64,000 nucleotides of DNA from an uncultured Solibacteraceae bacterium (GCA_964461995.1 CAYWXL010000013.1:18039-82038); one strand, 5' to 3'. Counted from the stretch's first letter, positions 49,254 through 58,418 are shown. Translations and numbers: made by a program. The notes: generated by a model not told the origin, from the sequence alone.

Positions 49254-50213
49254 TCAGCGGGCCAGCCCAGGCAGGCCGCCAAGAGTCGGCGCCTGGCGTA
49301 CCGCGCGGACGATGGCGCGGGCGACGGCCTCCGCGGCAGCAACTCCCAGCGCCTCCAACGGCGCCTCCACCGTGCCGCAAGAAAGAGCGATGACGAGGTC
49401 TCCGTCCAGGGTCGTCCATGCCGGTGAGAGGGTCCTCGCCATACCAGCCGAGGCCAGGCGCGCCAACTGTGCAGCTTCCGGCTTAGTGAGGCGGGCATTT
49501 GTCGCGACCACAGCGAGCGTCGTGTTTCGGCCGAACGCGCGGACACGCTCTCCCGAGAGCATTTTCCGCGCGGTGTCGGCGAGGTCCAATGCATCTGGAG
49601 CCGTGCGCGCCCCGGCCAGCAGCTCCCCGGTCTCTGGGTCGCGGACGTCGCCGAAAGCATTGACGGCCACGAGCGCCGCGGCCCGCGCCGGGGCGAGCCG
49701 GCCTTCGAGCGGTACCGTCGCCGATCCGATGCCCGATTTCATCGCTCGAGTCATTCCGAACAGTTTCCCAACGGTGGCGCCGGTTCCCGCCCCCACGGCT
49801 CCTTCCTCGACCGGCTCGTTCGTGGCGGACGCCGCAGCCCGCTCGCCCATCTCCCGGCTCGGGCGCGCTTCTGGACGCCCGAGCGCGAGGTCGTAGAGGA
49901 TCGCGCCGGCCACCAGCGGCACCTGGGCGGCGCCCGTCGGGTATCCAATTCCCTTTTTCTCCAGAAACCTGCGGACGCCAGAGACGGCCTCCAGGCCGAA
50001 GGCGCTGCCGCCGGCCAAGCAGACGCCGTGGATGCGCTCGGTCAAGTGCAGCGGCGAGAGCAGCCCGAATTCTTCTGTTCCGACAGCCCCTCCCCGCACG
50101 TCGCAGCCCGCCGTCGCTCCTTCCGGACAGAGGATCGCCGTGCATCCGGTCAGCCCCTCGAGGTCCGACGCATGCCCTACGAGAATTCCCGGTATGTCAG
50201 TGAGGCCTTTCAT
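49254..50213 (-). CDS. P1/S58 family peptidase (DmpA-like aminopeptidase)
   Basis: LTDIPGILVGHASD...TGCTAIL...GGAVGTxE and the later GGSAFGL and NTTLAVVATNA motifs are typical of DmpA/S58 Ntn hydrolases. Confidence 0.75.
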   Translation of the reverse strand: MKGLTDIPGILVGHASDLEGLTGCTAILCPEGATAGCDVRGGAVGTEEFGLLSPLHLTERIHGVCLAGGSAFGLEAVSGVRRFLEKKGIGYPTGAAQVPLVAGAILYDLALGRPEARPSREMGERAAASATNEPVEEGAVGAGTGATVGKLFGMTRAMKSGIGSATVPLEGRLAPARAAALVAVNAFGDVRDPETGELLAGARTAPDALDLADTARKMLSGERVRAFGRNTTLAVVATNARLTKPEAAQLARLASAGMARTLSPAWTTLDGDLVIALSCGTVEAPLEALGVAAAEAVARAIVRAVRQAPTLGGLPGLAR

Positions 50214-50275
50214 CCTCTACGCGTCCGCTGCGATGCGGCACTATGGTAGCATCTTGGTGACGAGGGAAGACCGGA

Positions 50276-51034
50276 TTGCTCGATTTCCTGAAGCCACCAG
50301 TCCTCGCCTTTCAAGAGTTTTTCCTCCTTGCCGGACGGGCGTTCCGAAACATCTTCCGCAAGCCGCACTATTTTGATGACATCTCCATGCAGATGGACCT
50401 GATCGGCGTGGGCAGCCTGCCGATCGTAGCCCTCACCGGGTTTTTCACTGGCGCCATCATGGCCCTGCAAATGTCCCGGGCGTTGAACCAATACGGGGCG
50501 GCCAGCACCGTGGGCCAGATCGTTTCTATTTCTCTGGTGCGCGAGATGGGCCCTGTCCTCTCGGCGCTCCTGGTGGCGGGGCGCAACGCCAGCGGCATCG
50601 CCAGCGAGCTGGGTTCCATGAAGGTAACCGAGCAGATCGATGCCATGCGCGCCCTAGGGACCGATCCGATTCAAAAGCTCGTCACTCCCCGGCTGATCGC
50701 CATGTGCATCGTGCTTCCGTTGCTGGTGGTAATCGCCGATTTCATCGGTATGATCGGCGGCTACTTGGTGGCCTGCCCCTTGCTCAAGCTCACCACCGCC
50801 ACCCAGTACTGGAGCAGCGCCTGGCGGGCCCTCGAGTACAACGACATCGCCCAGGGATTGCTGAAGCCTTTTGCCTTCGCCATCGTGATCTCGCTCGTAG
50901 GCTGTTTCTACGGGATCCGGACGACCGGAGGCACACAGGGAGTGGGCCTGGCAACCACGCGGGCGGTAGTAGTCTCGTCGGTGTGGATCTTCGTCTTGAC
51001 CTTTTTCATCGGGAAGCTGTTCGTCAGCCTGTAG
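50276..51034 (+). CDS. mlaE: ABC transporter permease, MlaE family
   Basis: TTG start. IGVGSLPIVALTGFFTGAIMALQ, LVREMGPVLSALLVAGRNASGIASELGSMKVTEQIDA and ...DPI..LV.PRL are MlaE signatures. Confidence 0.85.
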   Translation: MLDFLKPPVLAFQEFFLLAGRAFRNIFRKPHYFDDISMQMDLIGVGSLPIVALTGFFTGAIMALQMSRALNQYGAASTVGQIVSISLVREMGPVLSALLVAGRNASGIASELGSMKVTEQIDAMRALGTDPIQKLVTPRLIAMCIVLPLLVVIADFIGMIGGYLVACPLLKLTTATQYWSSAWRALEYNDIAQGLLKPFAFAIVISLVGCFYGIRTTGGTQGVGLATTRAVVVSSVWIFVLTFFIGKLFVSL

Positions 51035-51040
51035 CCCGCG

Positions 51041-51877
51041 ATGCCTGAGATTCACGAGGAGACCGTCCTGCAGTTCGAGGACGTGCGTCTGCAGTTCGCC
51101 GACAGCGACCGCCCTGCGCTCGACGGGATCTCCTTCGCCTTGGCGGCCGGCCACTCTTGCGTGATCATGGGCGCGGCGGGCAGCGGAAAGACCGTCCTGC
51201 TGAAAACGGCCGTCGGTTTGCTGAAGCCCGACTCCGGCCGGGTGCGCCTGTTCCGCGAGGAAATCACCCGCATGAGCGAGAAAGAGCTGTTCCGGCTCCG
51301 GGCCAAGGTGGGCATCCTGTTTCAGGAAGGCGGCTTGTTCGATTCCTTGACGATCGAGGAGAACGTCGCCTATCCGCTGGTGAATCAGCCAGGGGCCCAC
51401 TTTTCGCCGGAAGAAGTCCGTCGGCGCGTGGTAGAAGCCTTGCGGCTCGTGGAACTCGATCACACTCTGGAAAAGTTCCCCAGCGAGTTATCCGGGGGCA
51501 TGCGCCGGCGGGTGGGGATCGCCCGCGCCAACGTGACCGAGCCGCCACTGGTGCTCTACGATTCGCCGACCGCGGGGCTCGACCCGATTACGGCGCACAC
51601 GATCATGGGCTTCATCATCAAAGAGCGCGACACCAAGAACACCACCACGGTGATGGTGACGCACCGTTATCAGGACGGCAACCTGCTAGCGAAATATCGA
51701 TACAATCAGGTAACAGGACGGCTGGAGCGCGCGACCTCGGAAGCCGGAGACGGTGGCCCTCCGACGCGGTTCATGGTGCTGCGGGAGGGAAAGCTCGTCT
51801 TCGAGGGAACGCAACAGGAGTTGGAAGCGTCCGCCGACCCGTACGTCCGGAAATTCCTGCGGACCGTCGGCGGGTAG
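51041..51877 (+). CDS. mlaF: ABC transporter ATP-binding protein, MlaF-like
   Basis: Walker A GAAGSGKT, Q-loop, signature LSGGMRRRVGIARA, Walker B LVLYDSPTAGLD, H-loop VTHR. Confidence 0.85.
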   Translation: MPEIHEETVLQFEDVRLQFADSDRPALDGISFALAAGHSCVIMGAAGSGKTVLLKTAVGLLKPDSGRVRLFREEITRMSEKELFRLRAKVGILFQEGGLFDSLTIEENVAYPLVNQPGAHFSPEEVRRRVVEALRLVELDHTLEKFPSELSGGMRRRVGIARANVTEPPLVLYDSPTAGLDPITAHTIMGFIIKERDTKNTTTVMVTHRYQDGNLLAKYRYNQVTGRLERATSEAGDGGPPTRFMVLREGKLVFEGTQQELEASADPYVRKFLRTVGG

Positions 51878-51896
51878 AGAACGATTAGGTAGAGAG

Positions 51897-52970
51897 ATGC
51901 CTTCGAAAGAGAAAGTCCGGTGGGCGCAACTCAAGGTCGGGCTGATGGCCATCTTCGCGCTCTCGCTCATCGCGGTGCTTATCTTCCTGATGACCGGGGA
52001 GCGGAAGTTGTTCGGCGAGAGCGTGATCGCCTACACGTACCTGGACGACGCCGCTGGCATCAACCCCGGCTCTCCGGTCCGGCTGAACGGCGTTCTCGTG
52101 GGCAGCGTCCGGAAGGTGGAGCTTTCCGGCGAAACACGGCCGAACCGGGCCATTCGCGTCACCCTGAGCATCGACAAGGAGTTCCTTTCGCAGATTCCGT
52201 CGGACTCAGAGGCGCTGGTGGCTTCCGAGAACGTGCTCGGCACGAAGTTCATCAATATCAAGCGCGGCCGCGGCAAGACGCCGATCGAGGCCGGTGGGGA
52301 GATCGCCGCGCGGGACGTGCGCGCGTTCGAGGACCTGGTGGCCGAAGGCTACTCGACGCTCGACTCGTTACGCAGCATCCTGCGCCGGGTGGACGCAATC
52401 ATTGCCGAGGTCGAGGTGGGCCGCGGCAGCGTGGGCAAACTGCTCACCGACGACGCGCTCTACGAGCAGCTCACCGGGACGGTCGCTGAGGCGCACAAGC
52501 TGACGGCTGCGCTCAACCGTCCCGCAGGGACGGTGGGCAAGCTGATCAACGATCCGGCCTTGTACGACGAGCTCCGCGACGCCATCGCCCGGCTGGACGC
52601 CATCATTGACGGCGTCGAGCAGGGCGAGGGCACGGTAGGGAAGCTGCTCAAGGACGAGGCCTTGTACGCTGACGTCCGCGCCACCGTTCAGGAACTTCGC
52701 CAAGTGATGGCCGACGTGAACGCGGGCAAAGGGACCGTCGGTAAGTTGCTGAAGGACGAGGCGCTCCACGATCGCGTAGCGAGCGTCGTGGAGCGTCTGG
52801 ACACGACGCTCGCAAAGGTGAACGCTGGCGAAGGCACTCTTGGGCAGCTCCTGGTGAATCCGCAGCTCTACGAATCGCTGAACGGGGCCAGCTACGAACT
52901 GAACGAATTCCTCAAGGAATTCCGGAAGAATCCCAAGAAGTACCTGCGGATCAAGGCGTCCATCTTCTGA
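51897..52970 (+). CDS. mlaD: MlaD/MCE-family substrate-binding protein with C-terminal 34-aa tandem repeats
   Basis: ATG at 51897 (MPSKEKVRWAQLKVGLMAIFALSLIAVLIF is the TM anchor). MCE domain (GINPGSPVRLNGVLVGSVRKVEL), then a repeat region. The track start at 51753 lies inside mlaF. Confidence 0.8.
   Translation: MPSKEKVRWAQLKVGLMAIFALSLIAVLIFLMTGERKLFGESVIAYTYLDDAAGINPGSPVRLNGVLVGSVRKVELSGETRPNRAIRVTLSIDKEFLSQIPSDSEALVASENVLGTKFINIKRGRGKTPIEAGGEIAARDVRAFEDLVAEGYSTLDSLRSILRRVDAIIAEVEVGRGSVGKLLTDDALYEQLTGTVAEAHKLTAALNRPAGTVGKLINDPALYDELRDAIARLDAIIDGVEQGEGTVGKLLKDEALYADVRATVQELRQVMADVNAGKGTVGKLLKDEALHDRVASVVERLDTTLAKVNAGEGTLGQLLVNPQLYESLNGASYELNEFLKEFRKNPKKYLRIKASIF
52415..52880 (+). repeat. 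About 4.5 tandem copies of a 102-nt (34-aa) coding repeat, G(T/S)VGKLLxDxALYxxL...
   Basis: GSVGKLLTDDALYEQL, GTVGKLINDPALYDEL, GTVGKLLKDEALYADV, GTVGKLLKDEALHDRV and GTLGQLLVNPQLYESL. Counted directly, successive copies start 34 aa apart. Confidence 0.85.
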
Positions 52971-52996
52971 GGCGCCCGGCCGCCGCTATCGGGTCC

Positions 52997-53860
52997 ATGG
53001 ATTCCGGCCGCCCACAGCCCGCCCGCGACGGCGCACCGCGCCCGCGCCTACTGGTGAACGCCGACGACTTCGGCTTCACACGGGGCGTCAACGAAGGGAT
53101 CGTCGAAGCGCACACCTCGGGGATCCTGACCGCCGCCACTCTGATGGCCACCGGGGAAGCGTTCCACCACGCCGTAGAGCTAGCTCGCCGTACGCCGACC
53201 CTGGACGTAGGGTGCCATATCGACCTCGTGCAGGGTGACTCGGTGTTGAAACCCGGGCGGCGTCTCCCGGCCACTCCCGCCGGCTTGGCTGCGGCGGTGG
53301 CTCTCGGACGGTTCCCGGTCGAGGAAGAGATCCGCGCGCAAGTGCGCAGGATCGTCGATGCGGGCATCCGCCCGAGCCACATCGACACACACAAGCACAC
53401 CCATCTGTTCCCGGCGGTGTTGGCAGCCGTGGCCCGCGTGGCCCGCGAGTTTGATATTCCTTGGGTGCGGGTGCCGGTCGATTCTCCGGTTCCCGGCGAC
53501 GGGATTCCCAGTCGGTTACGGCTAATCGCCTGGGGGGCGCGCCGAATGCGGCCGGTTTTCGACCGCATTCTCTCCCGCCACGGGCGCCGCACCACTGACT
53601 ACTTCACCGGATTCCAGCTCACCGGCCGGCTCGACACGCCTACTCTAGCGCAGCTCATCCGTAACCTGCCCGCGGGTTCAATCGAATTGATGTGTCACCC
53701 AGGTTACTGTACAAAAGAGCTTCTCCGTGCTCGCACGCGTTTGAAGGAGAGCCGCGAGAGGGAACTCGAGGCGCTGCTGGCTCCCGAAGTGAGGGAGGCC
53801 GTGGAGGCCGCCGGCGTGGAGCTGGTGAATTATCGCCAACTGGGAGGATTCCATGAATGA
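52997..53860 (+). CDS. YdjC/ChbG/HpnK-family carbohydrate deacetylase
   Basis: LLVNADDFGFTRGVNEGIVEAHTSGILTAATLM, IDTHKH.H and ELMCHPGY are YdjC-family motifs. The 3' end overlaps the next gene by 8 nt. Confidence 0.8.
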   Translation: MDSGRPQPARDGAPRPRLLVNADDFGFTRGVNEGIVEAHTSGILTAATLMATGEAFHHAVELARRTPTLDVGCHIDLVQGDSVLKPGRRLPATPAGLAAAVALGRFPVEEEIRAQVRRIVDAGIRPSHIDTHKHTHLFPAVLAAVARVAREFDIPWVRVPVDSPVPGDGIPSRLRLIAWGARRMRPVFDRILSRHGRRTTDYFTGFQLTGRLDTPTLAQLIRNLPAGSIELMCHPGYCTKELLRARTRLKESRERELEALLAPEVREAVEAAGVELVNYRQLGGFHE

Positions 53861-54329
53861 TGTAGTTTACAAAGCGAACATCCGAATCGAACGGGTCCGG
53901 GGGCCGATCCGCCTCGCTTGGCTGCCCGGCGAAGCCGAGCCGGTGACCTTCGGCGTCCACGGGGCCATCGCCGAGCACTACGGCGTGTCCCCCGAGGAGT
54001 TCGCCCCGCACGCCACGACGATCGACTACGTCATCGCCGCGGCCGCCGGTTGACTGATGGGGACTTACGGAGGCGCGCTGGAGGCGCGTCAGGTTCCCGC
54101 GAGCGGGGGGAAGCTTGTCGCCGAAGCGGCCGGCGAGGTGGAGAAGGAAAGTGACGGCGTCCTGGTGCTCAAGCGGATCCATGTCACCCTGCGGCTGAGG
54201 GCGCCGGAGACGGCCCGGGAGACGGCCGAGCGGGTGCACGGGTTCTTCGCCGATAAGTGCCCCGTATACCGGTCGTTGAAGGCGGCGATCCGGATCACGA
54301 CGAGCCTGGAGTTCGAGCCCGAGGGTTAG
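53853..54329 (+). CDS. OsmC/Ohr-like peroxiredoxin, candidate selenoprotein (in-frame UGA at 54051-54053 read as Sec)
   Basis: Track ORFs 53853-54053 and 54057-54329 share one frame, separated only by TGA then CTG. The joined product reads ...TIDYVIAAAAG-U-LMGTYGGALEA...FFADKCPVYRSL..., the two-Cys OsmC layout with the first Cys replaced by the UGA codon. SD GGGAGGA lies upstream, a hairpin lies downstream, and selB is nearby. Confidence 0.65.
54071..54089 (+). other. SECIS-like hairpin downstream of the in-frame UGA
   Basis: GGCGCGC-UGGAG-GCGCGUC: a 7-bp stem (one G-U pair) with a 5-nt loop containing GG. The stem starts 17 nt after the UGA. Confidence 0.5.
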
Positions 54330-54350
54330 GGCGCCAGACCAGGGGCGGCC

Positions 54351-55262
54351 TCAGCGGTAGTAGCCCCGGCGGGCGCGGATCTCCACGTCGCCGTAGCGCT
54401 CGCGGACGGCTGGGACGACCTCCACTTCGATGGTACGGAACTCGCCCGGCGCGCCCTCCGGGGCTCGGTAGTGCAGCGAGTAACGAGTGCGGAGGTTCTC
54501 GAGGAGCGCCTTGAAGGCGTCTCCCGCTTGGCGGGCGCGGATGGTCTCGCCGCCGGTCTCCCGGGCCAGCAGGAAGACGTCGGAAGGGGTGAAGTCGGGG
54601 TTGGCCCCTGCGCCCAACGGCCGCGGCGCCCGGGCGTTGCGGGTGGCGATCACGTTGAGGACGGCGTCGGCTTCATGGAGAGCCCGCAAGACCTCTTCGT
54701 TGGGAACCCGGTAGTTCAGGCCGAGGTTGTCGGTGAGGATGATGATCGCCCGGCGTCCCGGGGCTCCAGCCGTCTGTTCGCCAAGGTAACGCGCCGCGTT
54801 GATCACTGCGGCGTTGATGCGCGTGCCGCTGCCTAGACCGCGCTCTTCGACGGCGGTTCGGAGGCTCTGAGCCACCGCCCGGAAGTCGCTCGTGAAATCC
54901 TGGTGCACCCGCGTATGGCGGCTGAAAAGCATGACCCCGACGTGGTCGGCCGGCTTCATCGCCCCCAGCGCCTCTTGGGCGGCGGCGGCCATCTGTTTCA
55001 GGTGGCGGCTCATACTGCCGCTGACGTCGAGCAGCAGCAGCACCCAGAGCGGCTCAGTGTCGCGGCCGAAGTAGACGATCTGCTGCGGCGTTCCCATGTC
55101 CCGGACGATGAAGTCCTCCCGGCGCAGATCTTCTACGGGCCGGCCATCGGCGAGCACCTGAGCGTCCACTTTCACCAGCAGCACGTCGGCACGGAATACC
55201 GGGGTCTGCTGCGCCGGGCAGATGGCCGCCAGCGTGAATAGTACGATGGAGAGTGTCCGCAT
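54351..55262 (-). CDS. Secreted von Willebrand factor A domain protein (VWFA-related acidobacterial type)
   Basis: ATG at 55262 gives [19 protein letters not shown] (signal peptide). Then [14 protein letters not shown]...DLRREDFIV and the MIDAS motif LLLDVSGSM. An alternative ATG lies at 55274 (MILRMRT...). The track start at 55604 is an extension running antisense into selB. Confidence 0.75.
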   Translation of the reverse strand: MRTLSIVLFTLAAICPAQQTPVFRADVLLVKVDAQVLADGRPVEDLRREDFIVRDMGTPQQIVYFGRDTEPLWVLLLLDVSGSMSRHLKQMAAAAQEALGAMKPADHVGVMLFSRHTRVHQDFTSDFRAVAQSLRTAVEERGLGSGTRINAAVINAARYLGEQTAGAPGRRAIIILTDNLGLNYRVPNEEVLRALHEADAVLNVIATRNARAPRPLGAGANPDFTPSDVFLLARETGGETIRARQAGDAFKALLENLRTRYSLHYRAPEGAPGEFRTIEVEVVPAVRERYGDVEIRARRGYYR

Positions 55263-57132
55263 GCGCAATATCATTGTCGGAACTGCGGGCCACATCGACC
55301 ATGGCAAGACGGCCCTGGTGCGGGCCCTCACGGGGATCGACACGGACCGGCTAAGCGAAGAGAAGCGCCGGGGCATCTCTATTGAACTCGGCTTCGCCCA
55401 CCTCGATCTCGGCCGCAACCTGCGCCTGGGCTTTGTCGATGTTCCCGGGCACGAGCGCTTCGTCCGCACGATGCTCGCCGGGGCGGCCGGCATCGACATG
55501 GTCCTGCTGGTGGTCGCCGCCGACGAGTCCATCAAACCACAAACCCGCGAGCATTTCGACATCTGCCGCCTGCTCGGGGTCTCGAGCGGCGTGATCGCCC
55601 TCACGAAGGCCGACCTCGTCGATGAGGAACTGCTCGAGCTGGTGCGCCTGGAGGTGAAGGAGTTCGTGCGCGGTTCGTTCCTCGAGGGTGCGCCGGTAGT
55701 AGCGGTGAGCGCCCGGACGGGCGTGGGTTTGGAAGAACTGAAGCGGCGGCTGGAGGAGGTGGCAGCCCGGGTGGCTCAGAAGGACGCTTCACGGCACTTC
55801 CGCCTGCCGGTCGATCGCTCGTTTGTGATGAAAGGTTTCGGGCGGGTTGTAACCGGCACACTCGTGTCCGGCTCGGTCCAGGTCGAGGACGAGGTGGAGA
55901 TTCAACCTCTCGGAGACACGGTCCGCGTCCGCGGCATCCAGGTGCACGGCGAGGCGGCGCAGCGGGCGGTGGCCGGCCAGCGGACGGCGTTGAACCTCGC
56001 CGGGCCGGCGGCCGACCGCGTGGTCCGGGGCATGACGCTGACGAAGCCCGGTCTGTTCCAGCCCACGCGGACCGTCGAAGCGCGCTTCCATCTGCTGGCC
56101 GGAGCGCGGCCGCTGAAGCATCGCGCTCCGGTCCACTTCCACGCGGGAACGGCCGAGGTGATCGCCGAGGCGCGCCTGCTCGAAGGCGAGGCGGTGGAAC
56201 CCGGCGCCTCGGCCCTGGTGCGGTTCCTGCTCCGCGAGCCCGTGCTGCTGCTGCCGGGGGACCGCTTCATCGTCCGGATGTTCTCCCCGGTAGTGACCAT
56301 CGGCGGCGGAGAAGTGCTCGAGATCGCCCCGCCGCCCCGGATCCGCCGGGCTGAAGCCGCCCGGCGCCTCCGGACGTTGGAGGCCGGCTCGGCGGCGGAC
56401 CGGATCGCCCTGCTGGTGGCCGAATCCGAGTACGGGCTGGGAACCGATGCGCTGGTGGCCCGCACCGGACTGCGGGCCGAGGAGATCCGCGAAGCGGCGG
56501 CGGGCGAGGAACGGCTCCTGCTGTTCGAGGGGCCGTCGGCGTGGCTCGTGGACCGCAAACGCTATGCCGCCCACGCCGCCAAGGTGCGCGCTGCCCTGCG
56601 GGAGCACCACCGGGCCCATCCGCTCAAGCCCGGAATGCTCAAGGAGGAGCTGCGCTCGCGCGAACTTCCCGGCGCCCCGGCTTTTTACCCGGACGCGATC
56701 CTGGCCCGGGAGCGGGATCTGGTGGCCGAAGGCGATACCGTACGGCTGGCCTCGCACAAGATCCGCCTCCGCGGCGACGAAGAAGAGGCGCTGCGCAAGA
56801 TCGAACAGGCGTTCCGGCGAGCCGGGCTGGCGGTACCGGCGGTGAAGGAGGTGCTGGCTCAGTCCGGCGTCGATCAAGTCCGCGCCCGCAACCTGCTCCA
56901 GGTGCTCCTTCGGGAAGGCAAGCTCGTCCGGGTCGGCGACGAGCTCGTCTATCACGAGACCGCGATCCGAGACCTGCTCGCGCTCATGGCCCGGCATCGC
57001 GGCGACCGGTTCAAAGTTCCCGAGTTCAAAGAGTGGACCGGTGTCTCGCGCAAGTACGCGATTCCGCTGCTCGAGTACCTGGACCGGCGGCGCGTCACCC
57101 GCCGGGAGGGCGACGAGCGCGTGGTTCTCTGA
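55261..57132 (+). CDS. selB: Selenocysteine-specific translation elongation factor SelB
   Basis: [46 protein letters not shown], then DVPGHERF. About 620 aa with a long C-terminal winged-helix region, typical of SelB rather than EF-Tu. GGAGAG lies 8 nt upstream of the ATG. Confidence 0.9.
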   Translation: MRNIIVGTAGHIDHGKTALVRALTGIDTDRLSEEKRRGISIELGFAHLDLGRNLRLGFVDVPGHERFVRTMLAGAAGIDMVLLVVAADESIKPQTREHFDICRLLGVSSGVIALTKADLVDEELLELVRLEVKEFVRGSFLEGAPVVAVSARTGVGLEELKRRLEEVAARVAQKDASRHFRLPVDRSFVMKGFGRVVTGTLVSGSVQVEDEVEIQPLGDTVRVRGIQVHGEAAQRAVAGQRTALNLAGPAADRVVRGMTLTKPGLFQPTRTVEARFHLLAGARPLKHRAPVHFHAGTAEVIAEARLLEGEAVEPGASALVRFLLREPVLLLPGDRFIVRMFSPVVTIGGGEVLEIAPPPRIRRAEAARRLRTLEAGSAADRIALLVAESEYGLGTDALVARTGLRAEEIREAAAGEERLLLFEGPSAWLVDRKRYAAHAAKVRAALREHHRAHPLKPGMLKEELRSRELPGAPAFYPDAILARERDLVAEGDTVRLASHKIRLRGDEEEALRKIEQAFRRAGLAVPAVKEVLAQSGVDQVRARNLLQVLLREGKLVRVGDELVYHETAIRDLLALMARHRGDRFKVPEFKEWTGVSRKYAIPLLEYLDRRRVTRREGDERVVL

Positions 57133-57141
57133 GGGGCGGCC

Positions 57142-58308
57142 TCAATCGAGCCGCGGCACCGGCGTCTCCCGGCCCAGATCGTCGGCCGAGACGTAGCCGG
57201 CGTAGATCGTCAGGGTGATGTCGATAGCCAGCTCCAGGTCGCTTTCCGGCGCCCGGCCCTCTCGCAGCGCGGCCAGGAAGTCTTCCAGCTCCTTCCGGTA
57301 GCCGAGACTCCAGCCTTCGTCGGGCGAGGCGGGGATCCAGCCCTCGTTCGAGCTGATCTTCTCCACCAAATAGAGGTCTTCGAACTGCTCGTGCTTCGGG
57401 TTGTAGACATCGACGACGTTGATGGGGCTCATCCGGCAACGTGTACGGTGGTTGTTGGCGAAGACCTCCACGTAGTCGTAGATGCCGCCGAGGACGATGT
57501 CGGAAGCGGTGATGTCGGCCACCATGCCGTCGTCGAAGACGATGTGCATCACGCAGTAGTCCTCGATGGGGTCCTGGTAGCCGGTGCGGATGAAGCCTTT
57601 GTCTTCGAAGGCCGGTTTGGCGGTGATGGAGTGGGTGCGGGCGGAGACGGCTACGGGCCGGATCGGCTTGCCGGTGCGGGTGAGGCCTTCCTTGCGCTTG
57701 AGGTAGAGGATCGCCCCCAGCGGATGGCAGCCTTTGGCGATGAGCGCGCCGCCTCCCTGGACGCTCCAAACGCCGTACACGGGGGAGTGGGAGCCGTTGT
57801 GGGACTCCTCGCCCTGCAGCCGCAGCAACTGGGCCTTCGTCTTCTCGACGATCTCGCGCTCCTTTTGGATCGACGGCGCGTAAACGAAGTTCTCGGCGTA
57901 GCCCAACGTGATGCCCGCAGCGCCAACCTCGTCGCGTAGCCGGCGAACCTCAGTGGTGACGGACTCGAGCATCTGCCCCTTGGTGAACTCTCTCGGGGAG
58001 CCGAAGAAGCCAGTGAGGGGCTTTTCGACGATCACGTGCTTGCCGGCCTTGGCCGCCGCCAGGATGTATTCGCTGTGCGAGGAGGGTGGCGTGCAGATAT
58101 CGAGCACGTCGATTTCCTCTAGCATGGCCGCTACCGAGTCGTAGGCTTTGATGCCGTGCTTGGCGGCGAAGGCTTCGCGGCTTTCGGCCCGGGCGGAGGT
58201 GACGCCGACCACCTGGGCTTCGGCCGGCATGTTCTCCAGATGGAAGCTCGCGGCAAAGCCGGCGCCCGCGATTCCAATGCGGAGCTTGGCTCTATTGTCT
58301 GCGCTCAT
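57142..58308 (-). CDS. Gfo/Idh/MocA family oxidoreductase
   Basis: N-terminal Rossmann LRIGIAGAGFAASFHLENM and EKP motif (VIVEKPLTG). ATG at 58308 (MSADNR...); an alternative start lies at 58353. Confidence 0.8.
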   Translation of the reverse strand: MSADNRAKLRIGIAGAGFAASFHLENMPAEAQVVGVTSARAESREAFAAKHGIKAYDSVAAMLEEIDVLDICTPPSSHSEYILAAAKAGKHVIVEKPLTGFFGSPREFTKGQMLESVTTEVRRLRDEVGAAGITLGYAENFVYAPSIQKEREIVEKTKAQLLRLQGEESHNGSHSPVYGVWSVQGGGALIAKGCHPLGAILYLKRKEGLTRTGKPIRPVAVSARTHSITAKPAFEDKGFIRTGYQDPIEDYCVMHIVFDDGMVADITASDIVLGGIYDYVEVFANNHRTRCRMSPINVVDVYNPKHEQFEDLYLVEKISSNEGWIPASPDEGWSLGYRKELEDFLAALREGRAPESDLELAIDITLTIYAGYVSADDLGRETPVPRLD

Positions 58309-58418
58309 GTTCACTGACCCTCCCTCCAGGTTCCCCTTGCGGTAAGCTCTCATTATACCCAGCCCGCGAGATGTGCCAAGCGACTCATTCCAGGCAAGTT
58401 ATCACCGGCCCTTCGTTG

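Noticed and set aside
51157-51888. 243-aa alternative-frame ORF inside mlaF, and 51920-52489 inside mlaD
   Set aside because: These are Arg/Gly/Pro-rich off-frame ORFs within genes that carry clear ABC and MCE motifs.
53853-54053. Treating the 66-aa and 90-aa ORFs (53853-54053 and 54057-54329) as two independent small genes
   Set aside because: Each alone is half of an OsmC fold. They share a frame and are separated by a single TGA at the catalytic-Cys position, and the second has no SD. A simple nonsense-mutation pseudogene remains the alternative explanation (see the finding).
55789-56997. 402-aa minus-strand ORF (plus 55902-56558 and 56541-57218) inside selB
   Set aside because: These are antisense or alternative frames of a clearly recognisable selB. 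No motifs.
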